Numbered from the stretch's first letter, positions 47,103 to 56,442 are shown. The stretch: 64,000 bases of DNA from Candidatus Zixiibacteriota bacterium (GCA_024280775.1 JAJRPM010000004.1:263054-327053), one strand, 5' to 3'. Program-made: numbers and translations. The notes: generated by a model from the sequence alone, not told the origin.

Positions 47103-48782
47103 ATGGCTGAACAATTCATATTTAACATGCACGGCGTAAACAAGTTTTACGGCCAAAAGCAAATCCTCAAAAACATAAACCTCAGCTTCTTCCCCGGAGC
47201 AAAAATCGGCATCGTCGGAACCAACGGCTCCGGTAAGTCCACTGTCCTGCGCATCATGGCCGGACTGGACACCGAATTCCAGGGCGACGCAGAAATCACC
47301 GCCGGTTTCAAATCCGGTATAGTCGAACAAGAACCAAATCTTGATCCAAACCTCACAGTTCTCGAAACCCTCGAATTAGCATTCGCCGACACCAAAGCCC
47401 TGCTCGATAACTACAACAAAGTTGCCGACAGTCTTGCGGTCATCACCGACGATGACGAAATGCAAAGCGCTATGGACAAAATGGGCGCCTTGCAGGACAA
47501 AATCGACGCGCTCGACGCCTGGAACCTCGACCAAACTCTCGATAGAGCCAGTGACGCTCTATGTTTGCCCGACAATGACCGCAAAATCGGCACTCTCTCC
47601 GGTGGCGAAAAACGCAGAGTCGCCCTCTGCAAAGCCCTGCTGGAAAAACCCGATTTGCTCCTGCTTGATGAGCCTACCAACCACCTCGACCCCGAAACCG
47701 TCGATTGGCTGGAAATGCAATTGCGCGACTACCCCGGCACAGTAATCATCGTCACACATGACCGGTACTTCCTCGATAATATCACCAAGTGGATTCTCGA
47801 ACTCGACAAAGGACAGGGAATCCCCTGGGAAGGCAATTACACTTCCTGGCTGGAGCAAAAACTCCAACGCATGGTCAAAGGCGAAAAGGCCGATTCACCG
47901 GTAGCCAAAACTCTGCAAAAAGAACTCAACTGGATTCGCATGAGCCAGGGTGACCGACATCAACTAGCCCGCGACAGAGTTGCAAACTACGAACAACTGG
48001 TCGCACGCGGAACCGCCAAAGCGGACTCTCCCAGCGCCGCGATTCGCATCGCCCCCGGCCCGGACCTCGGAAATCAGATCATCGAATTTCATGATGTCGC
48101 AATGGGCTATGATGACAGCCGACTCTATGAAGATGTTTCTTTCGCGATCCCGCGCTCCGCTGTAGTTGGATTGGTCGGCCCCAACGGCGCCGGAAAAACC
48201 ACACTCTTCAAAATGATGACCGCAGACCTGGCCCCGCTATCCGGCAAAGTGACCATCGGCTCATCAGTGAAACTAACCTACGCCGATCAAGAGCGCGCCT
48301 CGCTGGAAAATGACAAATCCCTGATTGAGGAAATCGGCGGTGGCGCTGAGGAAATCCTAATCGGTTCCCGTCGAATCCCGATTCGCCAATACCTGGCGCA
48401 ATTCGGTTTCAGCGGCGGCTCACAACAAAAACTCGCCAGCGAACTTTCCGGCGGCGAACGCAACCGCTGTCACTTAGCGAAAATCTTCAAAGACGGCGGC
48501 AATGTCCTGCTACTCGATGAGCCTACCAATGATCTGGATGTCAACACCCTGCGCCTACTTGAGGAAGCCATCCTGGATTTCGCCGGTTGCGTACTGGTAA
48601 TCAGCCATGACAGATTCTTCTTAGATAGAATTTGCACCCACCTGCTGGTCTTCGAAGGCGCCGGCAAAGTCCGCTGGCACGAAGGAAACTTCAGCGACTA
48701 CCAGGAATGGCGAAAATCCACCAAAGGCGACCAACTATTCGAAAACCGCCGCAACCGCTATAGAACAATAGTGAAAGCCTAA
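47103..48782 (+). CDS. ettA: ABC-F ATPase, energy-dependent translational throttle protein EttA
   Basis: 559 aa. Collinear with E. coli EttA from the first residues (MAEQFIFNMHGVNKFYGQKQILKNINLSFFPGAKIGIVGTNGSGKST..RIMAGLD) through GIPWEGNYTSWLEQK to the C-terminus. Two Walker A/B + LSGGE cassettes. Confidence 0.9.
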   Translation: MAEQFIFNMHGVNKFYGQKQILKNINLSFFPGAKIGIVGTNGSGKSTVLRIMAGLDTEFQGDAEITAGFKSGIVEQEPNLDPNLTVLETLELAFADTKALLDNYNKVADSLAVITDDDEMQSAMDKMGALQDKIDALDAWNLDQTLDRASDALCLPDNDRKIGTLSGGEKRRVALCKALLEKPDLLLLDEPTNHLDPETVDWLEMQLRDYPGTVIIVTHDRYFLDNITKWILELDKGQGIPWEGNYTSWLEQKLQRMVKGEKADSPVAKTLQKELNWIRMSQGDRHQLARDRVANYEQLVARGTAKADSPSAAIRIAPGPDLGNQIIEFHDVAMGYDDSRLYEDVSFAIPRSAVVGLVGPNGAGKTTLFKMMTADLAPLSGKVTIGSSVKLTYADQERASLENDKSLIEEIGGGAEEILIGSRRIPIRQYLAQFGFSGGSQQKLASELSGGERNRCHLAKIFKDGGNVLLLDEPTNDLDVNTLRLLEEAILDFAGCVLVISHDRFFLDRICTHLLVFEGAGKVRWHEGNFSDYQEWRKSTKGDQLFENRRNRYRTIVKA

Positions 48783-48841
48783 AGTTCAAGTTGGTGTGAC
48801 ATAAAGATGTTCACCCGTGAGAGAACCGGGAAAAACCTGTT

Positions 48842-48886
48842 GTGTCGGGTCTTGATTTTCGCAAAGCGAAAATTGTGACCCGACAC
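48842..48886. repeat. Solo nested hairpin, related to the family-B arms
   Basis: GTGTCGGGTC-ttg-ATTTTCGC-aaa-GCGAAAAT-tgt-GACCCGACAC, followed by GCGCCTACC. Lies between ettA and the SRPBCC gene. Confidence 0.7.
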
Positions 48887-48909
48887 GCGCCTACCGAAGG
48901 AGATTCACA

Positions 48910-49350
48910 ATGAGTAACATCGACGAACCAATCATAGTAGAGCAAACCTACAACACCTCTATCGAATCTCTCTGGAAAGCGCTAACCGAAATCGACCGCA
49001 TGCAACAATGGTACTTCAACAACATCCCATCCTTCAAACCCGAAGTAGGATTCATGACTCAGTTCACTGTCACCAACGGTGGTAGAGCCTTCCCCCATAG
49101 ATGGGAAGTAACCGAAGTGGAGCCCCTCAAAAAAATATCCTACAACTGGAAATACGAAGGCTACCCCGGCGACTCCCAAGTAACCTTCGAACTAACCGAA
49201 GACAACAATCAAGCCACGCTAAAACTAACCCACCAAGTATTAGAACCCTTCCCCACCAATATCCCCGAATTCAAAAGAGAAAGCGGCCAAGCAGGCTGGG
49301 AGTACTTCATCCAAAAAAGCCTCAAAGAGTACCTAGAAAGTACACTGTAG
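48910..49350 (+). CDS. SRPBCC-superfamily protein (AHSA1/START-like)
   Basis: 146 aa. IIVEQTYNTSIESLWKALTEIDRMQQWYF...ISYNWKYEGYPGDSQVTFELTEDNNQATLKLTH is typical of Aha1-domain SRPBCC proteins. Confidence 0.7.
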   Translation: MSNIDEPIIVEQTYNTSIESLWKALTEIDRMQQWYFNNIPSFKPEVGFMTQFTVTNGGRAFPHRWEVTEVEPLKKISYNWKYEGYPGDSQVTFELTEDNNQATLKLTHQVLEPFPTNIPEFKRESGQAGWEYFIQKSLKEYLESTL

Positions 49351-49416
49351 CACTGCACACACACCACAACACAAAAATACCACAACCCCACACCAACTCC
49401 CAAACCAAACCATAAT
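49351..49416 (+). other. C/A-rich, G-free tract directly after a stop codon (possible rut-like site)
   Basis: CACTGCACACACACCACAACACAAAAATACCACAACCCCACACCAACTCCCAAACCAAACCATAAT. Positions 49356-49417 contain no G at all on the + strand. Confidence 0.9.
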
Positions 49417-49639
49417 AGGGTGAGCAACCACTCTACTCGTACAAAATCGCTACAACATTCCTATCGCGGTAGCCATATATAACCGAACGAACCCATTTCT
49501 AGAGTCCGGACGTTCAGAGTTCGTAGGTTTTACCTTGTCTGCCTGCGGTGTGGAAGCTATGCTCGCAGAGCGATATGCGACCGATTGGCATACTCGCATA
49601 CCCACAATAAATATAGGCGCTTCATATAACCAATCTGAT

Positions 49640-51010
49640 ATGTTTCAAAAATACAAACAAGCGCTACGCGAAAACGACCTAACGCTCTTTCTCACATTAG
49701 CGCTGGTGACATTCGTCTCGCGCCTACCATTTATCTTCTACGGCTACGGTGTCGACCCTGACGCCTGGCGCGTTGCTTCAGTGGCGCGCATAATTGCTGA
49801 CACTGGCAAATATGTCTTCGCCAGAGTCCCCGGAAACCCGGTTCACGAATACGCAATGGCGCTAATCTACCAATCCGGCCCGGCGCTAATGAACGCCGCA
49901 ACCGCGTTAATGAGCGCAGTAGCAGTTGCCGCCTTCGCATTGGTAGTCAAGCGCATTTGGGGCCGCGGCTACCTCATAGCCGCGCTAGCGCTTGCGGCAA
50001 CACCGGTAGTGTACATCAACAGCGTCTCAACAATAGATTACATGTGGGCGTTAGGATTCGCCTGGCTGGGATGTTACTTCCTGCTCAAAGACCGCACCGT
50101 CCTTGCCGGAATCTTACTGGGCCTTGCTGTCGGCTGTCGAATCACCTCCGGGGCTTTGATTATTCCATTCGCCTTGCTGTACATCCGTCTTTATGGCTGG
50201 CGCACACCGCAACTCGCCTGGTTTGGAGTACTGACATTGCTGACTGGGGCGCTATGCTATGTGCCAAACTACCTAAGCTACGGTTGGGGATTCTTTGATT
50301 TCTGGGAGCGCGGCTATCCAGCGCCGTTAACAGTCGCGCGGCGCATGACACTATACATCTGGGGAAGATTCGGAGTTCTAGCAATCGGCGGAGCGTTGCT
50401 TGCGCATTTGATAATGCGCCTAAGAGGCATTGCAACAGATAAGAAAATCTACCAGCAAACAAAATCCTACACCTGGATATGGGTTGTAGGAATAGCGCTC
50501 TACGCAATCTCCTATCTGCGCCTCCCGCATGACCAAGCCTACCTCATTCCATTGGTTCCATTTGTGATTCTGCTCTTAGGCGAAACAATGCACCGTCGCG
50601 TCTTCCAGGTTGCGTGTGTGATGATAGCGCTAGCGAGTTTCATAGAACCATGCAAAAGTGTTCTGTGCGCCGGCGAAATCTTTCGAGACAGCTCGCAACG
50701 TATCGCCGAAGTGACGTTTTCAGAAGAAATACTCGCCTATGGCAAAACACTACCAGACAATAGTGTGCTGGTGACCGGCTGGTGGCAACCCAAGCTCCCG
50801 ACACTTCCGGGAGATAAAACATTCACACTTGACGGAGTTGATTTTGTTTATGTATTGGATTCAACTTCACTCAAACAATATCTCGCAGATAGCGCCTCAA
50901 TCTACTTCATCCCGAGCGTAATACCATTCAACGAAGAATACTACGATTTACAATTGCAGGACATTGTCACTTCGGTAGACGAACTGGACGATCGCCGACT
51001 ATCATGGTGA
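49640..51010 (+). CDS. Polytopic membrane protein, GT-C-type glycosyltransferase-like (ArnT/PMT_2-like)
   Basis: About 11 predicted TM helices. First loop GYGVDPDAWRVASVARIIADTGKYVFARVPGNPVHEY. Soluble C-terminal ~100 aa. The start is chosen at MFQKYKQ (the track starts at 49535). The family call is tentative. Confidence 0.5.
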   Translation: MFQKYKQALRENDLTLFLTLALVTFVSRLPFIFYGYGVDPDAWRVASVARIIADTGKYVFARVPGNPVHEYAMALIYQSGPALMNAATALMSAVAVAAFALVVKRIWGRGYLIAALALAATPVVYINSVSTIDYMWALGFAWLGCYFLLKDRTVLAGILLGLAVGCRITSGALIIPFALLYIRLYGWRTPQLAWFGVLTLLTGALCYVPNYLSYGWGFFDFWERGYPAPLTVARRMTLYIWGRFGVLAIGGALLAHLIMRLRGIATDKKIYQQTKSYTWIWVVGIALYAISYLRLPHDQAYLIPLVPFVILLLGETMHRRVFQVACVMIALASFIEPCKSVLCAGEIFRDSSQRIAEVTFSEEILAYGKTLPDNSVLVTGWWQPKLPTLPGDKTFTLDGVDFVYVLDSTSLKQYLADSASIYFIPSVIPFNEEYYDLQLQDIVTSVDELDDRRLSW

Positions 51011-51109
51011 CGATACAAATCAGAATTCTTCTTGCGTCACATCAATAGAAATACTATGCTATTCACGCGAAACGCAACTAAGTGAAACACATACACGAAA
51101 GGAAATATC

Positions 51110-51217
51110 ATGGGCGACAAAGGCAGTAAAGACAAAGGCAAAAAAGAACAGAAGAAGCAACCAAAGAAATCCCCTAAAGAAAAACGTCAGGAAAAACGCG
51201 AAAAAAAGAACAAGTAA
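51110..51217 (+). CDS. Candidate small lysine-rich protein (35 aa)
   Basis: Below the ORF-track cut-off. RBS GAAAGGAAAT, then ATG: MGDKGSKDKGKKEQKKQPKKSPKEKRQEKREKKNK*. Its 3' end overlaps the 3' end of the convergent DinB gene by 31 nt. Confidence 0.35.
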   Translation: MGDKGSKDKGKKEQKKQPKKSPKEKRQEKREKKNK

Positions 51218-51723
51218 TCAAATAGAGCTGATTGGCAATTCAAGCCAAATCTCAATTGGCGACGATGCCGCAAAATGTGCACAATGGCATGCTCAATCAT
51301 TTGCTCTACATCATATTCCTGCCCCCAACGGACAGAAAACTTGATAGCGGCAAGTTGTTCTTCGGTGAAGTCTTTGGCGGGTTTCAGAGCTAGCGGCATC
51401 CGTGCGAATGCTTCCCGCAAAGATTGGATGGCGCTTTCCGGAGAATCGATAGTGTAACTGTGCTCTTGCGGTTCGGAGCCAACGCCGCTTACCGCATCAC
51501 TCAGATAATCTGCATACACATGCGCAGAACCTATGACATGATCCATAATAACACGTATAGAATCGAAATTCTCATCTGATAGCGAAGTCTTGCCGCAGTA
51601 TCTTTCGGAGGAAAGGTTCGAAACAACCTTGCCCAGTTCTTCGATAGCGCGGAAATGCTCATCAAACATAGAGCGCAACTGACCGCAATAATCAGACCAA
51701 CTGGATGGGATAGTAGAGCGCAT
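51187..51723 (-). CDS. DinB-family protein
   Basis: Four-helix-bundle pattern with His residues (MDHVIGSAHVYADYL ... MIEHAIVHILRHRRQL). Confidence 0.6.
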   Translation of the reverse strand: MRSTIPSSWSDYCGQLRSMFDEHFRAIEELGKVVSNLSSERYCGKTSLSDENFDSIRVIMDHVIGSAHVYADYLSDAVSGVGSEPQEHSYTIDSPESAIQSLREAFARMPLALKPAKDFTEEQLAAIKFSVRWGQEYDVEQMIEHAIVHILRHRRQLRFGLNCQSALFDYLFFFSRFS

Positions 51724-51741
51724 AGAAATTGCGATAGGGAG

Positions 51742-52416
51742 CTAAGACTTCTTCTTCTCTCTAAAACTAATACGAGGGAACGGATTTACAATAGCGCTGG
51801 CTACATTGGTAAGATGCGCGTTAATGCGCTTGAGAAAACGAACATACAACGCGATTGAAACAACATCCTGTCGCGACAATTCCTCAGATGGATTAGTCAA
51901 CAACTCCTCAAGAATTGCTTCGCTAAGTTTGGCAATGCCATGTTCTGCGGTCATCACTGTCCGACCGATCGACTGGTCTTGTTCGGATAGAGCCTTGTTA
52001 ACTCTCGCGAAGTTTGGAGCGATAACTTCCTCAAGTTTCTTCATGTCCGCTTCATACTTCCCGCCCTTCAAACGCTTGGGATGACGGCGCGCCAAATCCA
52101 CAATATTTTTGGCATAATCACCGATACGCTCAACATCAATGACGATAGACGCCAAGACTAGGCCGGGCACAAGATTTGTAGTTCCGGCTACAGTTAGATG
52201 AGTCAGGATTTTGCGACGAACATCGCGCAACTGCTTGTTGACCTTTCTGTCCATCTTCTTGATGTCCTCCTGCATCTCGGCAGTGTCAGAATCGCGCAGA
52301 CTTTCCTGGGCAATCTTGAACATCTTTGCGTCAATCTCAAGCATCTCCAAAGTCACACTAGCGGCTTCGTCGAGCAGGTTATGCTTATGGAACAGTTCAG
52401 TATATTTCTTCAACAT
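51742..52416 (-). CDS. PhoU-domain protein (Na/Pi-cotransporter-associated)
   Basis: Two PhoU-like helical repeats (..KKMDRKVNKQLRDVRRKILTHL..., IVIDVERIGDYAKNIVDLA). Immediately downstream of the Na/Pi cotransporter. Confidence 0.7.
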   Translation of the reverse strand: MLKKYTELFHKHNLLDEAASVTLEMLEIDAKMFKIAQESLRDSDTAEMQEDIKKMDRKVNKQLRDVRRKILTHLTVAGTTNLVPGLVLASIVIDVERIGDYAKNIVDLARRHPKRLKGGKYEADMKKLEEVIAPNFARVNKALSEQDQSIGRTVMTAEHGIAKLSEAILEELLTNPSEELSRQDVVSIALYVRFLKRINAHLTNVASAIVNPFPRISFREKKKS

Positions 52417-52425
52417 GATTTCATC

Positions 52426-53574
52426 TTACCTCATCGTTAGAATCAGCGCCCCGGGTATTATAACAAAAAATATCAAAATGTATAGGAAAGGAATTAGGCG
52501 TGATTTCAGCGAATACTCCGCCAATTTCTCCGCAAAGAAAATAGGTATACGTTTCAATGGCCAAAAAACTGCTGTGCCGTAGATATTGAAGAGAAAATGG
52601 GCGAAGGCTACCGCTACGGCGGCATGAGATCCTGTGGCAAAGGACGCCAAAAACGCCGTTACAGTTGTTCCGATATTCGCGCCAAGCACATAGGGATAGA
52701 TTTGCTGGAGAGTGATGATCCCCGCTCCTAAGAGAGGCACTACCAATGAAGTGGTTATTGACGAAGATTGCACCATTACGGTGAGAGCAATACCCAGTGT
52801 GAACCCAAGCGCTGCGTTTCGGAATATCACCCGCTCAAAGAATTGTTCGATATTGGCCATCAACATCGAACGCATCACCTGTGTCAAATACTTTAGAGAA
52901 AAGAACAATAGAATCAGGGCGAGACCGGCAGTTAGCCAGCCCTGCTTACCGAGTGCATCAATTATTTCCGCCACTACCGGTTTGGTGATGAGCTTCAATG
53001 GAGACTTGAACGTCAGTCCTCCGAATCCGATTAGCATACTCTCTACAAATAGGGCCGATTTTGAGATTAGTCCGAAAAAAATCTCCATTGGCAGGAGCAA
53101 TAATATCGAGCAGAAATTGAAGAAATCATGGACTGTTGAACCGGCAAAGGCGCGCCTGAAATCGTCGCGACGATTGATATTCGCTAGTGAGACGATAGTG
53201 TTTGTAACTGAAGTTCCGGCATTGGCGCCCATTATTATGGGCACAGCATTCTCAAAACCCAGTGTACCAGCGCCCACCAAGCCTACTACGATCGCAGTTG
53301 TGGTGGAGGAGGATTGGATAATGGCGGTAGCCAGGATTCCTATCGCCAATCCGACTAGAGGATTTGCAGTGGCGGTGAATAACGCATGCGCCACGCCGGA
53401 GCCCATAAGTTTGAATGAGGCTCCCAGGAGCGAAATTGCTAGTATGAATAAATACAGAATGCCCGCAAGTAACAGGAGCTTGCCGATAAGTTGCATATTG
53501 CCTCCGCCATCGGAGGGAGCGCCTAGAGTAGGTTTGGAACTATCAGTAGAGCCAATATCGAACGGGGATTTCAT
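52426..53574 (-). CDS. Na+/phosphate cotransporter family protein (NptA/YjbB type)
   Basis: Repeated signature NPLVGLAIGILATAIIQSSSTTTAIVVGLVGAG and LGIALTVMVQSSSITTSLVVPLLGAG. Confidence 0.85.
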   Translation of the reverse strand: MKSPFDIGSTDSSKPTLGAPSDGGGNMQLIGKLLLLAGILYLFILAISLLGASFKLMGSGVAHALFTATANPLVGLAIGILATAIIQSSSTTTAIVVGLVGAGTLGFENAVPIIMGANAGTSVTNTIVSLANINRRDDFRRAFAGSTVHDFFNFCSILLLLPMEIFFGLISKSALFVESMLIGFGGLTFKSPLKLITKPVVAEIIDALGKQGWLTAGLALILLFFSLKYLTQVMRSMLMANIEQFFERVIFRNAALGFTLGIALTVMVQSSSITTSLVVPLLGAGIITLQQIYPYVLGANIGTTVTAFLASFATGSHAAVAVAFAHFLFNIYGTAVFWPLKRIPIFFAEKLAEYSLKSRLIPFLYILIFFVIIPGALILTMR

Positions 53575-53817
53575 AGTTGCCTGTGGGCCGGGATTCGCGG
53601 GCTTATTCTCAATATGCTTGACTACCGACCAGCTCAGAAAACGACTTCACCTATTGCAAAGCTGTGTCAGCGACTAAGTTAATCCTGCAATCTCCTCTGT
53701 CAAGGCCCCCAGGAAAAATAAGAGACCGAGCAGTCATTTACGTCAAGCGGCGCGGAATTCCTCTCGAAACGGGTTTGGGATATTCCGCATTGAGACGCGC
53801 CGCAGAATCTGAAGCGC

Positions 53818-53851
53818 CCGCGGGTTGGCGCCCAACCCGGAGCGGTTTTTT
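53818..53851 (+). terminator. Orphan rho-independent terminator inside a divergent intergenic region
   Basis: CCGCGGGTTGG-cgc-CCAACCCGGAGCGG followed by TTTTTT. No annotated + strand gene lies upstream of it. Confidence 0.6.
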
Positions 53852-53938
53852 GAAAAAGGCGCCATCTTCAACAACTCACTCGGGGCATGGCATTTTGGTT
53901 CAGTTTCGTTTAGCTCTATTTGGTTTTGCCTAATAATA

Positions 53939-53954
53939 ATGTAACTTCTTACAT
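53939..53954. promoter_or_regulatory. Palindrome ATGTAA-CTTC-TTACAT, candidate MarR operator
   Basis: Perfect 6-bp inverted repeat in an AT-rich stretch, 31 nt upstream of the MarR-GNAT start. Confidence 0.35.
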
Positions 53955-53984
53955 AATAATCCGTCTAAGTTGATAGAGTGAGGA

Positions 53985-55046
53985 TTGATTACTGTGAGTT
54001 CCAAGAAAAAAGAGACTAATAGGAAGGCGCAGAGTGATGCGCTACAGGCGCTTGGGGAGTTGGGCTTTGCCAGTCGGCTTAAGCGGCTTAGTGATCGTTT
54101 GATGCGGGACGTTTCGAAAGTATATGCCGAGCTGGATGTTAATTTTGAGGCTCGTTGGTTTGCGGTATTGTATACGCTGGCAAAGGACTCTCCAGCTTCG
54201 ATTACCGGACTGGCTGATTCTTTGGGGCTAACACATGCGGCGATAAATCATACCGCCGGGGAGATGAGCGATGCAGGGCTTATCAAATCTGTGCGCGACC
54301 GTAAGGACGAGCGCCGGAGATTGCTTTCGTTGTCAGCCAGGGGAAAGGCGCTAGTGGGCAAACTTCAGCCTATCTGGAAGGAAATACGCCGGGCTACTGC
54401 TGAGTTGATTGACGAAACCGGTACGGATTTCATTGGAGGATTGGAAAAGATTGAGGCGCGTCTGGACAGGTTGAGTATGAGCGAACGGATTCTTGCCGGA
54501 AAAAAAGGTGATGCGGCGCCGGCGGCGCGCATTGTGGACTATCGTCCGGCGTACAAGAAACATTTCAAGGCTTTGAATCTTGAGTGGATAAACAAATATT
54601 TCAAGGTTGAGCCACTTGATAGGGAATTACTATCTGACCCCAACGGAAAGATTATTCGTCGCGGTGGGGCGATATTGTATGCGCTAGTAGGTGACAAAGT
54701 TGCAGGGACTTGCGCGTTGATTAGGCATAGTGACACCGACTATGAGTTATCGAAGATGGCGGTTAGTCCGGAGTTTCAAGGATATGGATTGGGGCGCGCA
54801 TTGGGTGAGGCGATAATTGTTCGCGCTAAAGAGCTGGGCGCAAAGAATCTATTCTTGCTGACACATCATTCGCTGGATACGGCTATTGGGTTATATCGCA
54901 AATTGGGGTTTATCGATGCTGAGAGGTCGGTGTACCACGCAGAGAAATATGAGCGTTGTACTGTTGCTATGGATTTGAAAGTTAGTAAACGGAAGCGCAC
55001 AACTTCTTATAAGAGAGTTAACAGAAACAGTAAAGCAAAGAGGTAG
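53985..55046 (+). CDS. MarR-type HTH regulator fused to a GNAT N-acetyltransferase
   Basis: N-terminal half: FAVLYTLAKDSPASITGLADSLGLTHAAINHTAGEMSDAGLIKSVRDRKDERRRLLSLSARGKAL (MarR wHTH). C-terminal half: YELSKMAVSPEFQGYGLGRALGEAIIVRAKELGAKNLFLLTH..LDTAIGLYRKLGF (GNAT motif A). Confidence 0.8.
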   Translation: MITVSSKKKETNRKAQSDALQALGELGFASRLKRLSDRLMRDVSKVYAELDVNFEARWFAVLYTLAKDSPASITGLADSLGLTHAAINHTAGEMSDAGLIKSVRDRKDERRRLLSLSARGKALVGKLQPIWKEIRRATAELIDETGTDFIGGLEKIEARLDRLSMSERILAGKKGDAAPAARIVDYRPAYKKHFKALNLEWINKYFKVEPLDRELLSDPNGKIIRRGGAILYALVGDKVAGTCALIRHSDTDYELSKMAVSPEFQGYGLGRALGEAIIVRAKELGAKNLFLLTHHSLDTAIGLYRKLGFIDAERSVYHAEKYERCTVAMDLKVSKRKRTTSYKRVNRNSKAKR

Positions 55047-55050
55047 GACG

Positions 55051-56433
55051 ATGTATATACGAAGTATTACAAAAAGATATTTGACAGTGGCCCTCTTGAT
55101 GATAGGGATTCTGTTTGCGAGTGAATCTAATGATGTGTTAGCACAACAGGCAGGCGACCGTGAACCGGTGGCTGTCAGCAAAGCGAATCAGTCTGATATC
55201 ATTGACAGTCTGTCTGAGGCGTTAAATGACATTTATGTCTTCCCTGATGTAGCGCTGGATATGGAGAAGACACTCCGCAAGAATTTCAAAAAGGGCAAAT
55301 ATAAGAAACTTGCCTCTCTCGAAGAGTTTACTCAGGCGTTAAATGAAGACTTACAAAAAGTCAGCCATGATTTACACCTGGGAGTGCGCCCGATGGATGC
55401 GGCAACCTATGCGGCAATGCTTGAGGAGAATCCTGAAGAACAGGAGGAATTTCAGCGCCGGGATATGGATAGACGAAGACGTTCAAACTTTGGTTTCAAG
55501 AAGCTAGAGATTCTTCCAGGAAATATCGGCTATATGGATTTGCGCGGATTTAATCACGCGTCATTTGCCGGGGCAACTGCTGTGGCGGCAATGAATTTTC
55601 TTTCCAACAGCGATGCGCTGATTCTTGATTTGCGTCAGAATGGCGGCGGCTCACCTCGGATGATTCAATTGCTGACCAGCTATTTGTTGGAAGACCCTAC
55701 TCATATCAATAGTTTCTATGTCCGTAAAGATGACTCTATTCAACAGTTTTGGACTAGCGCACATGTTGAAGGACCCAAGATGGTCGAGACACCGGTGTAT
55801 GTGCTGACCAGCAGGCAGACATTTTCAGCCGCTGAGGAGTTCACCTATAACCTGAAGAATCTCAAACGAGCAACAATTGTGGGCGAAACTACAGGCGGCG
55901 GAGCGCATCCTGTGGAGTCACATTTCTTCCGCATTAGTGATGAGGTGTTTTTCCAAATGCAACTCCCCTTTGGCCGCGCAATTAGTCCGATTACCGGAAC
56001 CAACTGGGAGGGGACTGGAGTTGAGCCGGACATTGAGGCGCCAGCTGATCAGGCGCTGGATGTTGCGTTACTTGACGCCCTGAAGAAAATCGCAAAGAAT
56101 TCAAACGACGAAGAGCATAAGGCCAGTTTGCAATGGGCTATTAAGGGACTAGAGTTTAAGAATAATCCGGTAGACCTCGATGAAAAGGCCGAGACACTTT
56201 ACACCGGGACTTTCGGACCGCGAATGATTTCTTTTGAAGATGGCACCCTGTTCTACCAGCGGGCTGGCAGAGCGAAATACAAAATGACTCCGATGGGCGA
56301 TGATCTCTTTGCAATCGATGGTTTGGATTTCTTCCGGATACAGTTTGTTCGTGACCTCGACGGGACGGTGAACAAGCTTATCGGCAATTATGAAGGTGGG
56401 CGCACAGATTCTAATGTTCGCACTCAAAGCTAA
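55051..56433 (+). CDS. S41-family peptidase (IRBP/tricorn-core-like)
   Basis: GNIGYMDLRGF......LILDLRQNGGGSP....VYVLTSRQTFSAAEEFTYNLKNLKRATIVGETTGGGAHP. Starts 4 nt after the MarR-GNAT stop. Confidence 0.8.
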   Translation: MYIRSITKRYLTVALLMIGILFASESNDVLAQQAGDREPVAVSKANQSDIIDSLSEALNDIYVFPDVALDMEKTLRKNFKKGKYKKLASLEEFTQALNEDLQKVSHDLHLGVRPMDAATYAAMLEENPEEQEEFQRRDMDRRRRSNFGFKKLEILPGNIGYMDLRGFNHASFAGATAVAAMNFLSNSDALILDLRQNGGGSPRMIQLLTSYLLEDPTHINSFYVRKDDSIQQFWTSAHVEGPKMVETPVYVLTSRQTFSAAEEFTYNLKNLKRATIVGETTGGGAHPVESHFFRISDEVFFQMQLPFGRAISPITGTNWEGTGVEPDIEAPADQALDVALLDALKKIAKNSNDEEHKASLQWAIKGLEFKNNPVDLDEKAETLYTGTFGPRMISFEDGTLFYQRAGRAKYKMTPMGDDLFAIDGLDFFRIQFVRDLDGTVNKLIGNYEGGRTDSNVRTQS

Positions 56434-56442
56434 GCAATTTAA

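Noticed and set aside
49101-49427. ORFs 49101-49415 (+) and 49209-49427 (-) spanning the CA-rich tract.
   Set aside because: They overlap the well-supported SRPBCC gene out of frame. Their tails are simply the translated C/A (or G/T) low-complexity tract.
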